The notes under the pieces: model-generated
Database searches by the model: none
The model's input: only the letters and a program-made list of their open reading frames with translations
Told to the model about the DNA's origin: nothing
DNA from: an uncultured Candidatus Saccharibacteria bacterium
GTDB lineage: Bacteria; Patescibacteriota; Dojkabacteria; J137
Assembly: GCA_964607415.1 (NCBI GenBank)
Contig: CAZSKK010000001.1
Coordinates: 405,974-469,973 of the forward strand
Length of the DNA: 64,000 bases
Direction of reading: 5' to 3'
Translations under genes and position numbers: made by a program
Shown here: piece by piece, positions 56,001 through 64,000 of the stretch
Layout of the letters: every line of letters starts with the position of its first letter
Numbering within the stretch: position 1 is the first letter of the stretch

Positions 56001-57619
56001 TGTCCGAAATTAGAGCTTGCTTGATTACTTTCAGAAAACCAATCAGCATTTGCTGGGGTCCCATTTACTCCCAAGCCAGAGGGCGATCCATAATATACAA
56101 AAGCTGCCCCTTCATCTATTTCTGGATTGTCATAAGTATCTGCGCCAATTATTACATCATCAACATTATCTCCATTTACGTCTCCAGCACCAGATACTGA
56201 ATATCCAAGGTGTGCTGAGGCTTGGTTACTTTCTGCAAGCCAATCAGCATTTGCTGGGGTTCCATTTGCCCCAAGACCAGAAGAGGAGCCATACCAAACT
56301 AATGCCACCCCTTCCTGCGATTGTCCATTATTATAAAGATATGAACCTATTATTATATCTTCGTAAGTATCATCGTTTACATCCCCAGCATTCGCAACTG
56401 AGTATCCCAAAAAACTTGAAGCTAGATTTGCTTCTGCACTCCAATCTGCATTAGTAGGATCTCCATTTGTGCCTGGTCCTGTACTTGAACTTAGCCACAG
56501 AAAAGCTGCTCCTTCGTTACTTTGTACATTATCATATGCATAAGCCCCAACCAAAATATCTGAATAAGTATCAAAATTCACATCCACAAGTGCAACTGAA
56601 TAACCAAAATTTGAGTTACTTTGGGTACTATCAGCTAACCAGTCCGATGCCAAAGAGGGACCAGAAGCTGATCCATAATATAAAAAAGCAGCGCCCTCAT
56701 TACTAGTTCCGTTATCAAATAAATACGCTCCTACAAGTAAATCATCAAACCCATCGCCATTAACATCACCCGATGCAACAGATCTTCCAAAATCAGCACT
56801 TGCTTGGTCAGCCTCAGCAGTCCAATCTGGTGTTAGGGCAAGTGGGTCAATATTTATTGGATATGTTGCATTAGAATCATTTATTCTGTATTTAAGCTGA
56901 TTAGCTGCCTCATCAAAGCTATAATTGCTTTCTAGATTAACGCCATTTGCGTCGGTAACTACTAAATTCCCGAATTCTAAAACCGATTTTTCAGAATCAA
57001 AAAATGCAACTTTATCATCACTGACACTAAGCGAAAGCTCAGAATTTATGTCAAACATTACTTCAAGATTTCCTGCACCAGCTGGAGCATTATCTATAGT
57101 TAAATTTTGTTTAATTCCTTGTGGAGAATTTTGATACCACTCAACTAACAAATCATAGTTTAAATTGATCGTGTTATTTGTATTGTCAGTTGTAATATTC
57201 TGAAACACTGGGCTTAAAATCTCCTCAGATTTTGAAATACCTGAAAGTTTCATATTTAATTTCCAGTTTCTAGTATTTGTAATGTCTTTAGGTTCTAAAT
57301 CCCAGCCCTCTTTAGATATATATGATCTTAGGTTTGTATTTCTATTTACAAAGTGCCATTTGGAATTTGTAAAGTTATTACCCGCTGAATCCGCAGATTG
57401 AAGAGAAAATGAAAGCTCTTTTTGAATTATATCTTTACTAACATTTGATAACCACAAAGAATCTTCTGGGTTAAGGTCTTGAATAGACTTTTGGTCATCA
57501 AAAATTTTATTTTCCTGGCCAATATTTAATGTTTTTAGATTTGGCGTACCTATAAAAAAAGTGAACGACAAAACAGAAAACGCAATACAGGCAATTAAGA
57601 TTGCTTTAAACCTAGGCAT
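53078..57619 (-). CDS. Large surface protein: signal/anchor, N-terminal beta domain, ~7 FG-GAP repeats, ~6 Calx-beta/Ig-like repeats, C-terminal TM
   Basis: Repeated FG.SV..AGDVNGDG.DD.IVGA; repeated FTNLNWN..QTVTVTG.DD...DGD; C-terminal hydrophobic stretch. Confidence 0.88.
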   Translation of the reverse strand: MPRFKAILIACIAFSVLSFTFFIGTPNLKTLNIGQENKIFDDQKSIQDLNPEDSLWLSNVSKDIIQKELSFSLQSADSAGNNFTNSKWHFVNRNTNLRSYISKEGWDLEPKDITNTRNWKLNMKLSGISKSEEILSPVFQNITTDNTNNTINLNYDLLVEWYQNSPQGIKQNLTIDNAPAGAGNLEVMFDINSELSLSVSDDKVAFFDSEKSVLEFGNLVVTDANGVNLESNYSFDEAANQLKYRINDSNATYPINIDPLALTPDWTAEADQASADFGRSVASGDVNGDGFDDLLVGAYLFDNGTSNEGAAFLYYGSASGPSLASDWLADSTQSNSNFGYSVALVDVNFDTYSDILVGAYAYDNVQSNEGAAFLWLSSSTGPGTNGDPTNADWSAEANLASSFLGYSVANAGDVNDDTYEDIIIGSYLYNNGQSQEGVALVWYGSSSGLGANGTPANADWLAESNQASAHLGYSVSGAGDVNGDNVDDVIIGADTYDNPEIDEGAAFVYYGSPSGLGVNGTPANADWFSESNQASSNFGHSVSRAGDVNGDTFDDIIIGAHVYTSSLTGEGAAFVWYGSGSGLGTSGTPANADWQAFAVQSNANLGASVSYAGDTNGDGFDEVIVGASGYDNGQSNEGAAFLWYGADIGLGSNGTPANSDWTTEANVANSFFGTSVATGDINGDSYSDVIVGAPGFTNVQSAEGRVFLYLADPPPGFSVNQTAGNTTVVEGGLTDSFSVVLTSQPATDVIIDLSSSDTTAVTIDQAQLTFTNLNWNISQNVNVSAPEDADAVVENVTITASINDALSDDGFDPLTNQTINVNLTDNDLVGINVSAISGNTNELGAQATFTVVLLSQPTNDVTIPVSSSDTIEGTVSTTLLTFTNLNWNFTQTVTVTGQDDFIDDGAITYTIILGNSISSDGTYNNINPDDLTLDNLDNDTAGALVAVQDSITSESGSTGNFTIVLTSEPLSDVTIPLSSDNTNEGTIAITEVVFTNLNWNIAQTITVTGAPDPVPTVDGAVIYHIITGDPTSSDPIYNDLNASDISDATFSNQNTDGFGIIITPIGPSITSETGDSALFRFTLLSYPSGDVTIPISVSDPTEGTLVASTELTIVPADWNNAIVNDLNVWGVDDVLFDGDIDYNLVTGDPFSTDPNYDSLTAADVADPLLTNLDNDTPGITVSSVSGNTSELGAQATFTVILDSQPTSDVTIPISSSNAHEGTVSSANLIFTDSNWDTAQTVTITGQNDYIDDGDIPYSIVIGLTTSSDTNYNNVNPNDLTLSNTDDDTFGITVTPPTGNTNEAGTSTSFSIVLNSEPQFNVSIPISSSDTTEAIVSTSNITFTNLNWNTPQSVIVTGQDDLTDDGDINFTVNLEPTVSTDANYNNIDLVNINLVNLDNDDPAQPPSTNQSSQNSNNVGSAGVNLQNELLSSEALENKEVNATVSTGSDSENQPNKATTGEQLQNPVDTSGQSNSEDSGFKLKLSWLKIPSLLLLILIAIIFALKSLGSRDQNR

Positions 57620-57721
57620 ACTAAGGCGTTTAATTACTTCATTCTATCAGGAATAAATTATAATTTGTTAAGAAGATTAATGATGTTTTAAAAGTTTTAG
57701 ATGTTTGATATTCTTAAATAT

Positions 57722-57994
57722 ATGTGTATTCATCTTGAACCTAAAACCGCCCAAAATATTATTCATAAATCGCAATTTATTAAATTTGAATGCGAAGAGT
57801 GTGTAAAGATAAATAGCCGCTGGGTTCATTTAAGAATCTGCCAAACTTGTGGCAAAATGTTGTGTTGCGATTCTTCTCCTAATCATCATGCTAGAAGTCA
57901 TTTTGAAGAGTCTGGCCATCCAGTAATTTCATCTGCCGAGCTTGGCGAAAACTGGCTTTATTGCTTTATTGATGACGAAACTAAAGAGTATTAA
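57722..57994 (+). CDS. UBP-type zinc-finger protein
   Basis: CEEC...WVHLRICQTCG..CCDSSPNHHARSHF...HP..S.E.GE.W.YC. Confidence 0.9.
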   Translation: MCIHLEPKTAQNIIHKSQFIKFECEECVKINSRWVHLRICQTCGKMLCCDSSPNHHARSHFEESGHPVISSAELGENWLYCFIDDETKEY

Positions 57995-58065
57995 ATTTTG
58001 TAAAGATAGTTTTTAACTTTAGTACTTTGAAACAAATCGTTAATCTTACTTCTTAAATAGTTTCT

Positions 58066-58545
58066 ATGCCCAACAAAATTACTCCCTACCTATGGTTCGA
58101 TAATAATGCTGAAGAAGCAATGGAATACTATGTTGAAATATTCTCTAAAGCTCCAAGTAAAAATAAGTGCGAAATAACCAGTAAACAAATGGGACCAGAT
58201 GGAAAACTATTTGTTGGGACTTTCAAACTTAACAATCAAGAGTTTTTTGTTTTGAATGGTGGCCCACAGCACTTTAATTTTAATGAATCTATTTCTTTTT
58301 TTGTAAATTGTAAAACCCAAGAGGAAGTTAATTATTTCTGGAATGAGTTAACTTCCAATGGAGGTGAAGAAAGTATGTGCGGCTGGCTTAAAGACAAATT
58401 TGGATTATCATGGCAAATTATTCCTGATGCTTTGATGGAATATATTGGAGGAGCTGATCCCCAAAAGTCAGAAAAAGCAATGCAAGCAATGTTAAAAATG
58501 AAAAAGATTGTAATTGCTGATCTTAAAAAAGCGTATGAGTTATAA
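58066..58545 (+). CDS. VOC/PhnB (3-demethylubiquinone-9 methyltransferase-like) family protein
   Basis: KITPYLWF, LNGGP, FNESISF, CGWLKDKFGLSWQI. Confidence 0.92.
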   Translation: MPNKITPYLWFDNNAEEAMEYYVEIFSKAPSKNKCEITSKQMGPDGKLFVGTFKLNNQEFFVLNGGPQHFNFNESISFFVNCKTQEEVNYFWNELTSNGGEESMCGWLKDKFGLSWQIIPDALMEYIGGADPQKSEKAMQAMLKMKKIVIADLKKAYEL

Positions 58546-58598
58546 TGTTATAAAGTTCGAACGTTAAAACGTTATAACTTTACAACTTTGAAACATTC
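58543..58598. repeat. Inverted octamer arrays (aaagtt-type then aacttt-type)
   Basis: taatgtta taaagttc gaacgtta aaacgtta taacttta caactttg aaacattc. Confidence 0.7.
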
Positions 58599-58628
58599 AA
58601 TTTTAAATTTATTTGTTAAAAACTCACT

Positions 58629-59000
58629 ATGTTGAACTTAAACTCAGTAATGATAGGAACCAGTCAGCCAAAAGTTATGGCAGAATTTTACGAAAAAGTT
58701 TTTGGGAAAAAACCAGATATGGTTGATGGCGATTGGTCTGGGTGGCAAATTGGATCATGTTTTTTAACAATTGGTTCACATTCAGAAGTAGTTGGTAAAG
58801 CAAAAGAACCTCAAAGAATAATGCTAAACATTGAGACATCCGAAGTAAAAAAAGAATTTGAAAGAATTAAGGAACTTGGCGCAGAAGTTGTAAAAGCACC
58901 GTATGAAATGGTTGAAGGCGATGGCATGTTTATTGCAACACTTTCAGATCCAGATGGTAACTTTTTCCAGCTAATGCCACCATGGGAACCACAGAAGTAA
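58629..59000 (+). CDS. VOC/glyoxalase family protein
   Basis: AEFYEKVFG, ERIKELGA, DPDGN. Confidence 0.9.
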   Translation: MLNLNSVMIGTSQPKVMAEFYEKVFGKKPDMVDGDWSGWQIGSCFLTIGSHSEVVGKAKEPQRIMLNIETSEVKKEFERIKELGAEVVKAPYEMVEGDGMFIATLSDPDGNFFQLMPPWEPQK

Positions 59001-59002
59001 AT

Positions 59003-59065
59003 ATGTCATCCCGAGGGAAATCGAGGGATAGACATGTCATGGTTCGATTTCCCTCACCATGACAT
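59003..59065. repeat. REP-like palindrome doublet
   Basis: TGTCATCCCGAGGGAAATCGAGGGA...TCGATTTCCCTCACCATGACA; same family as 1929-2010. Confidence 0.8.
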
Positions 59066-59104
59066 CTAGAGGTATAATGAGTTATATATTTAAATACCTT
59101 CTAT

Positions 59105-59866
59105 ATGAATTTTCTTGAAACTCTTCAAAAACCAATAAAAGAACGCGAGGCATTCAATAAAATTGGCTTTTATTTTCTTGCCAATTTTGTACTTTTTTTA
59201 ATTTTGATACCTTTGGTACTGATTGGAATTATTCCAATTTTAGGTTGGCTTATTCTTTGTTTTGGAGGAATTTTTCTGATGGCTGCATTTGTAGTTTTAA
59301 ATAATAACTACTTTTATGAGTATGCAAAAGCTGGAATGGAAGATAGGGACACTGGCAAGATTTGGGAAATGGAGAAGCGAGATTTAATTAGAAAAGCAGG
59401 TAAATTATTTTTAGTTCAGCTGATCTACTCTATCCCTTTAATTGTAATTTCTACTGTATTGTCACTCGGACAAACATTTCTTGATTTAATGGATCCGTCA
59501 GATGTAAGAACATTTTTATACATCATATTGATTTTTTGTTACTTGGTATATTACCTAATTAGTATTGTATATAATTTTTATGTTTCAATTCCTGCGCAAC
59601 TACAGTTAATAAAAACTCATACATTTAGCGAGGCATTTAAATTTAGAAAACTTTATGAAAATAGTATAAAAAATCGAACTTATAACACTGTTATCCTATG
59701 GCAGGTTGCAATTTCCTTTGCGGCTTTAGCAATAGTTGGAATTAACTTCTTTTTGACATTTTTGTTAGTTGGAATTTGTTTATGGCCATTTATAATAATT
59801 GCGCTACTGGTTTATAGCGAAATTATGCTTCCATATGCAATTGGTAAAGCGTATGTAAGTAAATAG
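59105..59866 (+). CDS. Integral membrane protein (DUF4013-like)
   Basis: Multiple TMs; IIPILG, GKLFLVQLIYSIP, FSEAFKF. Confidence 0.7.
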   Translation: MNFLETLQKPIKEREAFNKIGFYFLANFVLFLILIPLVLIGIIPILGWLILCFGGIFLMAAFVVLNNNYFYEYAKAGMEDRDTGKIWEMEKRDLIRKAGKLFLVQLIYSIPLIVISTVLSLGQTFLDLMDPSDVRTFLYIILIFCYLVYYLISIVYNFYVSIPAQLQLIKTHTFSEAFKFRKLYENSIKNRTYNTVILWQVAISFAALAIVGINFFLTFLLVGICLWPFIIIALLVYSEIMLPYAIGKAYVSK

Positions 59867-59900
59867 ATAGCATTTTAATTAGTTTCTTTATTAATTTATA

Positions 59901-60986
59901 ATGGCAAGCGATCAAGCTCCAACGGATTCTATCTACTTAGAGAGCGAATCTGAATTACTACCTAAAAATATAATTGATACCTTTGTTAGAAAGATTTTAA
60001 CCACAGGAGACTTGAATTTAGAAACACAACCTTTTGAGTTTGGGCTAAGCACACGCGGAGAACCTCAAAACCTACACGAACTTAGATCTGCTCTTTTTTT
60101 CCCTTTTGCACTCCGTGCTACATCCAGTAAATTTGCTGAAGAATCAGAAAAATCAGGTAAAATTTCTACTAAAGTTGTGGGTGATATTTTTGAAGATGAT
60201 CATGGGAAAATTTCAGCGTATAGAGTTATGCCCACTTGCGAATTAGACAATAATTCATTTTTATTTCATCTATTTATAACTACTTATTCATCATTATCCT
60301 ATGCAAGAAAGCATATGGATGTTTTATCCCCTTATGATGAGTATTGGTTATTAAAAAGTGAGGAAATAAAATCACTTTTATCTACCGACTTGACCTCTGA
60401 AGATTTGAAATCAATACTTAATGAGGCTAGAAAAAATAAAGCCTCGGAAATAGATGATGTACCCACTTTCCAACTGATGTATTATCAAGATAATAGTTAT
60501 AGAAAGAATTTTTTGGAAGAATGGAATAAAAGCCAAAAAGAGGAACCCCATTTTTGGGGGTATGTTCTTCAACCACAAGGTTCCGGATATTCTGTACCTA
60601 TACTAGGTAAATACTACGACCCATTTACTGAGAAAGGGATAGATCCATCAGCAACTCCAACGGAGTTAGATTACATTCAGCTTAAGTTAACTCAAGATTT
60701 AATCACCCAAGCAGAGCAATTACTTTTATCCAATGATGGTCTTCTAGAACTATTAACTAAAACAATTTTGGATGAATATCAAACTCATCTTGAAGAAATC
60801 AAGCGTCTAAGGGCTAACGGTATGCCTCTTGATGACGATGCCAATAGGGAAGTTCAAAGATTAGCTTTGCATGTAGGTTTGGTTCTGGATCAAGCTATTT
60901 CGGTAATTGCAGCGGGTTTTTTTATGCCAAAACTAATAGAATCGCTAAAAGAGCTTGCAACAAAAAATATCGGCTTATTAAAATAG
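59901..60986 (+). CDS. Hypothetical protein
   Basis: 361-aa ORF with no recognised motif. Confidence 0.7.
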   Translation: MASDQAPTDSIYLESESELLPKNIIDTFVRKILTTGDLNLETQPFEFGLSTRGEPQNLHELRSALFFPFALRATSSKFAEESEKSGKISTKVVGDIFEDDHGKISAYRVMPTCELDNNSFLFHLFITTYSSLSYARKHMDVLSPYDEYWLLKSEEIKSLLSTDLTSEDLKSILNEARKNKASEIDDVPTFQLMYYQDNSYRKNFLEEWNKSQKEEPHFWGYVLQPQGSGYSVPILGKYYDPFTEKGIDPSATPTELDYIQLKLTQDLITQAEQLLLSNDGLLELLTKTILDEYQTHLEEIKRLRANGMPLDDDANREVQRLALHVGLVLDQAISVIAAGFFMPKLIESLKELATKNIGLLK

Positions 60987-61059
60987 TTTCACTTTCTTTT
61001 TTGCTACCAATCACTACAAAACAGGAATATACTAAACTTATATAATTTAATTTATTCCA

Positions 61060-61896
61060 ATGGACAACACCCAAGAAACTATCCAAAGTGCTCAACCTTT
61101 TACAGAACAGAAACAAAAAGGTAAGAAAACCTTAATAATACTGCTTGTTTTAATAATAATAGCTTTATTATTTACCTCTATTGCTGCAGTTGCAGTACTA
61201 CTTCTTTCTAAATCTGATAATTCAAGTACCGATGATGTTTCTCAACAAGAAGATAGCGATATATCCACAGAATATGAAAATATAGATAGTAATGAACAGG
61301 CATCTTCAACTACCGAAGAATTTAATGGAAGTTATATTCAAGCAACTATTCCTACAGATTGGAACATTGTTGAGTACTCAGATGTAAACGGAATGAAGTA
61401 CTATGCAGAGCAAGAAGGACTTACTTTTTCCGGCTTAACTGGAATTTCAATTTTGGATGAAGATAACGTGGAAGTTTTTACACTAAAAGGTGTTGATGGA
61501 ATTGGAGGTACAGGAGGATGCACCGAACTTGCTCAATTTAGCGATACAGAAGCCAGTTATGTTCAAACAACTATTGATGAAACAAATGTGTTAGGTTTTG
61601 GCCCTACAAATGTTTTAGACTATACAGCTAGCAATTACTCCGATATTTCTTTTTTAGGAAAAGATTTTAGAAGGGTTGGAAATGTTTTGTATGTTGATAT
61701 GGAAAACTCGTTAACAGCATTTAATGCTGGATGTGGTTTAAATGGGCAGTTTGTAACTCTGAATGCTTTAGGATTTACATTATCAAGTAACTTGGATACA
61801 TACACCGCTTATGCTTATGAATTTAAAATTAATAGTGCTGTAGTTGATGAAGAAACTCTGACTAAACTAGATGATGTGTTAAATAGCATTCAATAA
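61060..61896 (+). CDS. Hypothetical membrane-anchored extracellular protein
   Basis: TM, acidic linker, IPTDWNI; two Cys. Confidence 0.75.
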   Translation: MDNTQETIQSAQPFTEQKQKGKKTLIILLVLIIIALLFTSIAAVAVLLLSKSDNSSTDDVSQQEDSDISTEYENIDSNEQASSTTEEFNGSYIQATIPTDWNIVEYSDVNGMKYYAEQEGLTFSGLTGISILDEDNVEVFTLKGVDGIGGTGGCTELAQFSDTEASYVQTTIDETNVLGFGPTNVLDYTASNYSDISFLGKDFRRVGNVLYVDMENSLTAFNAGCGLNGQFVTLNALGFTLSSNLDTYTAYAYEFKINSAVVDEETLTKLDDVLNSIQ

Positions 61897-61988
61897 GAAG
61901 CAAATTTTAATAAGTAAATAGAAAACGGTAACTGGTAATTCAAAAAAGCCAGTTACTACTTTCTTTATAACATTGTCGATCTTTATTT

Positions 61989-62990
61989 TTAGGATTCAAC
62001 GGAAAATAATTGTTTCATTGATACATATGCAGTTTGTCCTGGTTTTACTGTTAAATAATCCCTACCAGGAATGCCACGGGCATCTTCCCCTCCCCATGTC
62101 ATCTCAACACAAATGTATCGTTCAGGATTATCTGTCCATATAACGATTTCTGCATCTCTTCCTATATAACCCGATAGAGGAATTAAGTTAATAGAAGTTT
62201 TTCTTTTGTCGTAAATTTTTCCTTTTACTCCTTCAATTTGACCAGATCCATTAACTTGTATGATTTGACTAGTTGGAACAATAATTGAATTAAGAAGTTG
62301 CTTTGCTGATTCTATTTCAACACCCTCTATTTCAAGCGCTTCTAAAGGATTAACATTGTTATGTCTTTTTGTATATCGATGTAATCCAGGAGCAAGAAAT
62401 AGTGGATTTTTACTGTCATTTGCAATCTGGATTGAAGTTATCACCCCACCATCTTTATCAATTTGATGAATGATATAAAAAGCAGTATTCGGATATTTTT
62501 CTTCGCCACAGAATTCTTCACCCTTTATTGAAAAAACTACTCTTCCATTTTCCAAATCAGATAAATGTGATTCAAAAGTGGTTAAGCTTGTTTCTAATAT
62601 TCCATGCATTCTGTGAACTTTCATACCATCGGTACCAAGTTGAGGAATTCCTATCGGATCATGTCCTCTAGCAACATCTTCGTTGTAAATAGTCCCAAAA
62701 GTACCTTTATACACTAGCTGATGTTTATCAATTTCCAAAGAAATAAGTTGCCCTCCATGCTCTGAAAATATCGCTTTTACTCTCTTACCATCATCTATTG
62801 AAAGATTCATTTCTATATGTCGTGCTCCTACAATCTCATTGTTACTGTTATTATAAATAACCACTTCTGAATCGAATCTAGGGACAGATTCAAGTAAAGT
62901 TCCAACTTCTTGTTCAGAAATAGCAGCTAAAATAGTATTATGTCCATTAACAACATTGTTTTCTGGTGTAATATTTATAATATATGCCAT
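61989..62990 (-). CDS. Galactose mutarotase-like (aldose 1-epimerase fold) protein, divergent
   Basis: GGQLISL, PQLG...HG, PGLHRY, IVIWTD, YICVE, VKPGQT. Confidence 0.65.
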   Translation of the reverse strand: MAYIINITPENNVVNGHNTILAAISEQEVGTLLESVPRFDSEVVIYNNSNNEIVGARHIEMNLSIDDGKRVKAIFSEHGGQLISLEIDKHQLVYKGTFGTIYNEDVARGHDPIGIPQLGTDGMKVHRMHGILETSLTTFESHLSDLENGRVVFSIKGEEFCGEEKYPNTAFYIIHQIDKDGGVITSIQIANDSKNPLFLAPGLHRYTKRHNNVNPLEALEIEGVEIESAKQLLNSIIVPTSQIIQVNGSGQIEGVKGKIYDKRKTSINLIPLSGYIGRDAEIVIWTDNPERYICVEMTWGGEDARGIPGRDYLTVKPGQTAYVSMKQLFSVES

Positions 62991-63051
62991 TGATTTTAGA
63001 TAATATAGTATTAATGAAGGATTTTACCACATAATATATCCATTAAACGAA

Positions 63052-63225
63052 ATGCCCCAAAAGGAATTAGCCGAAAAAGTCGGTGTAACAAGGCAAACAA
63101 TTATAGCTATAGAAAAAGGAAACTATTCGCCATCACTAGAACTTGCCCTTAAAATAGCAAAAAAATATTTAAATCTTTATTGGAACGGCCCTAAAGATAC
63201 CACTACTGAGGAATTAAAAACCTAG
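63052..63225 (+). pseudogene. XRE-family HTH fragment (lacks the first helix; C-terminus looks aberrant)
   Basis: Manual translation [37 protein letters not shown]...; 57 aa, below the ORF-track cutoff. Confidence 0.65.
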
Positions 63226-63255
63226 ATTTGCTTTAAGTAATCGAGGTTGAAGATC

Positions 63256-63999
63256 TTAATATGTACTCCAACCACCATCAGCTACTACAATAGCGCCGTT
63301 CACAAAGCTGGCTTCGTCTGATGCTAAGAATAATGCTACATTTGCAACTTCCAGTGGGTTAGCAACTTTTTGGGATCCTTGTGTTGAAAGCATACTTTTA
63401 ACAAGCTTTCCTGCGGTTGAAAGATCAATATTTCCACTCATAATGTTTGTTTTCATAGCACCTGGAGCTATTGCGTTGCAACGTATTCCTGATTTTGAAT
63501 AAAAATATGCCGTGTTTTTTGTTAAACCAAGAATTCCATGTTTGCTTGCAGTGTATGCAGCCCCTGCTCTTCCGCCTTCAATTCCTGCAATTGATGCAAT
63601 GTTTACAATAACTCCTTGTTTTTGAGGTTCAAAAATTTTTATAGCTTCCCGCATCATATAAAATGTTCCTTTAAGATTAATGTTTATAACCTTATCAAAT
63701 ATCTCATCCGATAAACTACCAACAGGATCAAGCTTATCCATAACTCCAGCATTGTTAACTACAATATCAATAGTTCCAAATTTATTTTGAGCTTCTAGAA
63801 AAATATTTCTGACATCTTCCAGTTTAGAAATATCAGCAACAACCTGGGAAATCACTAAGTCGGGCGTAACTTCACTTATAAATTGATCTAAGGTTTCTTT
63901 GTTATAGTCAACTGCAATTACTTTTGCTCCTTGCCTTGCAAATAATAGAGCTATTTGTTTACCCAAACCTGAAGCAGCACCCGTAACAATTGTAACTTT
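63256..63999 (-). CDS. Short-chain dehydrogenase/reductase (5' end beyond the window)
   Basis: TGAASGLG, NNAG, YTASK, DGG. Confidence 0.93.
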   Translation of the reverse strand, partial: KVTIVTGAASGLGKQIALLFARQGAKVIAVDYNKETLDQFISEVTPDLVISQVVADISKLEDVRNIFLEAQNKFGTIDIVVNNAGVMDKLDPVGSLSDEIFDKVININLKGTFYMMREAIKIFEPQKQGVIVNIASIAGIEGGRAGAAYTASKHGILGLTKNTAYFYSKSGIRCNAIAPGAMKTNIMSGNIDLSTAGKLVKSMLSTQGSQKVANPLEVANVALFLASDEASFVNGAIVVADGGWSTY

Positions 64000-64000
64000 G

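Overview
AT-rich, gene-dense chromosomal segment of a bacterium using genetic code 11 (TGA, TAG and TAA all act as stops). Gene content and style suggest a Patescibacteria/CPR genome, possibly Dojkabacteria; this is an inference from weak SD signals, a reduced dcw cluster, secG next to an orphan OppA-like gene, multiple TrmB and NUDIX genes and a giant FG-GAP surface protein. Housekeeping genes: efp, epmA, rsmE, gap, gatA, cysS, trhO, mraZ-rsmH-ftsL-PBP, secG, ftsEX, nusA-ylxR, tRNA-Gly(TCC) and tRNA-Gln(TTG). I saw no rRNA, CRISPR array, transposase, integrase or reverse transcriptase. Main observations: (1) a four-helix-bundle (23S-IVS/Avd-like) gene bracketed by inverted degenerate heptamer arrays, with related 6/7/8-mer arrays throughout the intergenic DNA and inserted in-frame into epmA, gatA and a methyltransferase; (2) an apparently circularly permuted DsbA, plus a VKOR-ferredoxin-cytochrome b5 cluster; (3) three promoters with the same TTCAnA-N5-TTCAnA-N9-TAnnnT layout, suggesting an OmpR-family regulon; (4) a probable ~115-nt sRNA with its own promoter and terminator; (5) unusual fusions: FtsE with an alphaCTD/HhH-like domain, and a disordered region with a degenerate SLOG domain; (6) several REP-like palindrome families and a DUF559 pseudogene. 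All assignments come from reading motifs by eye; no searches were run.
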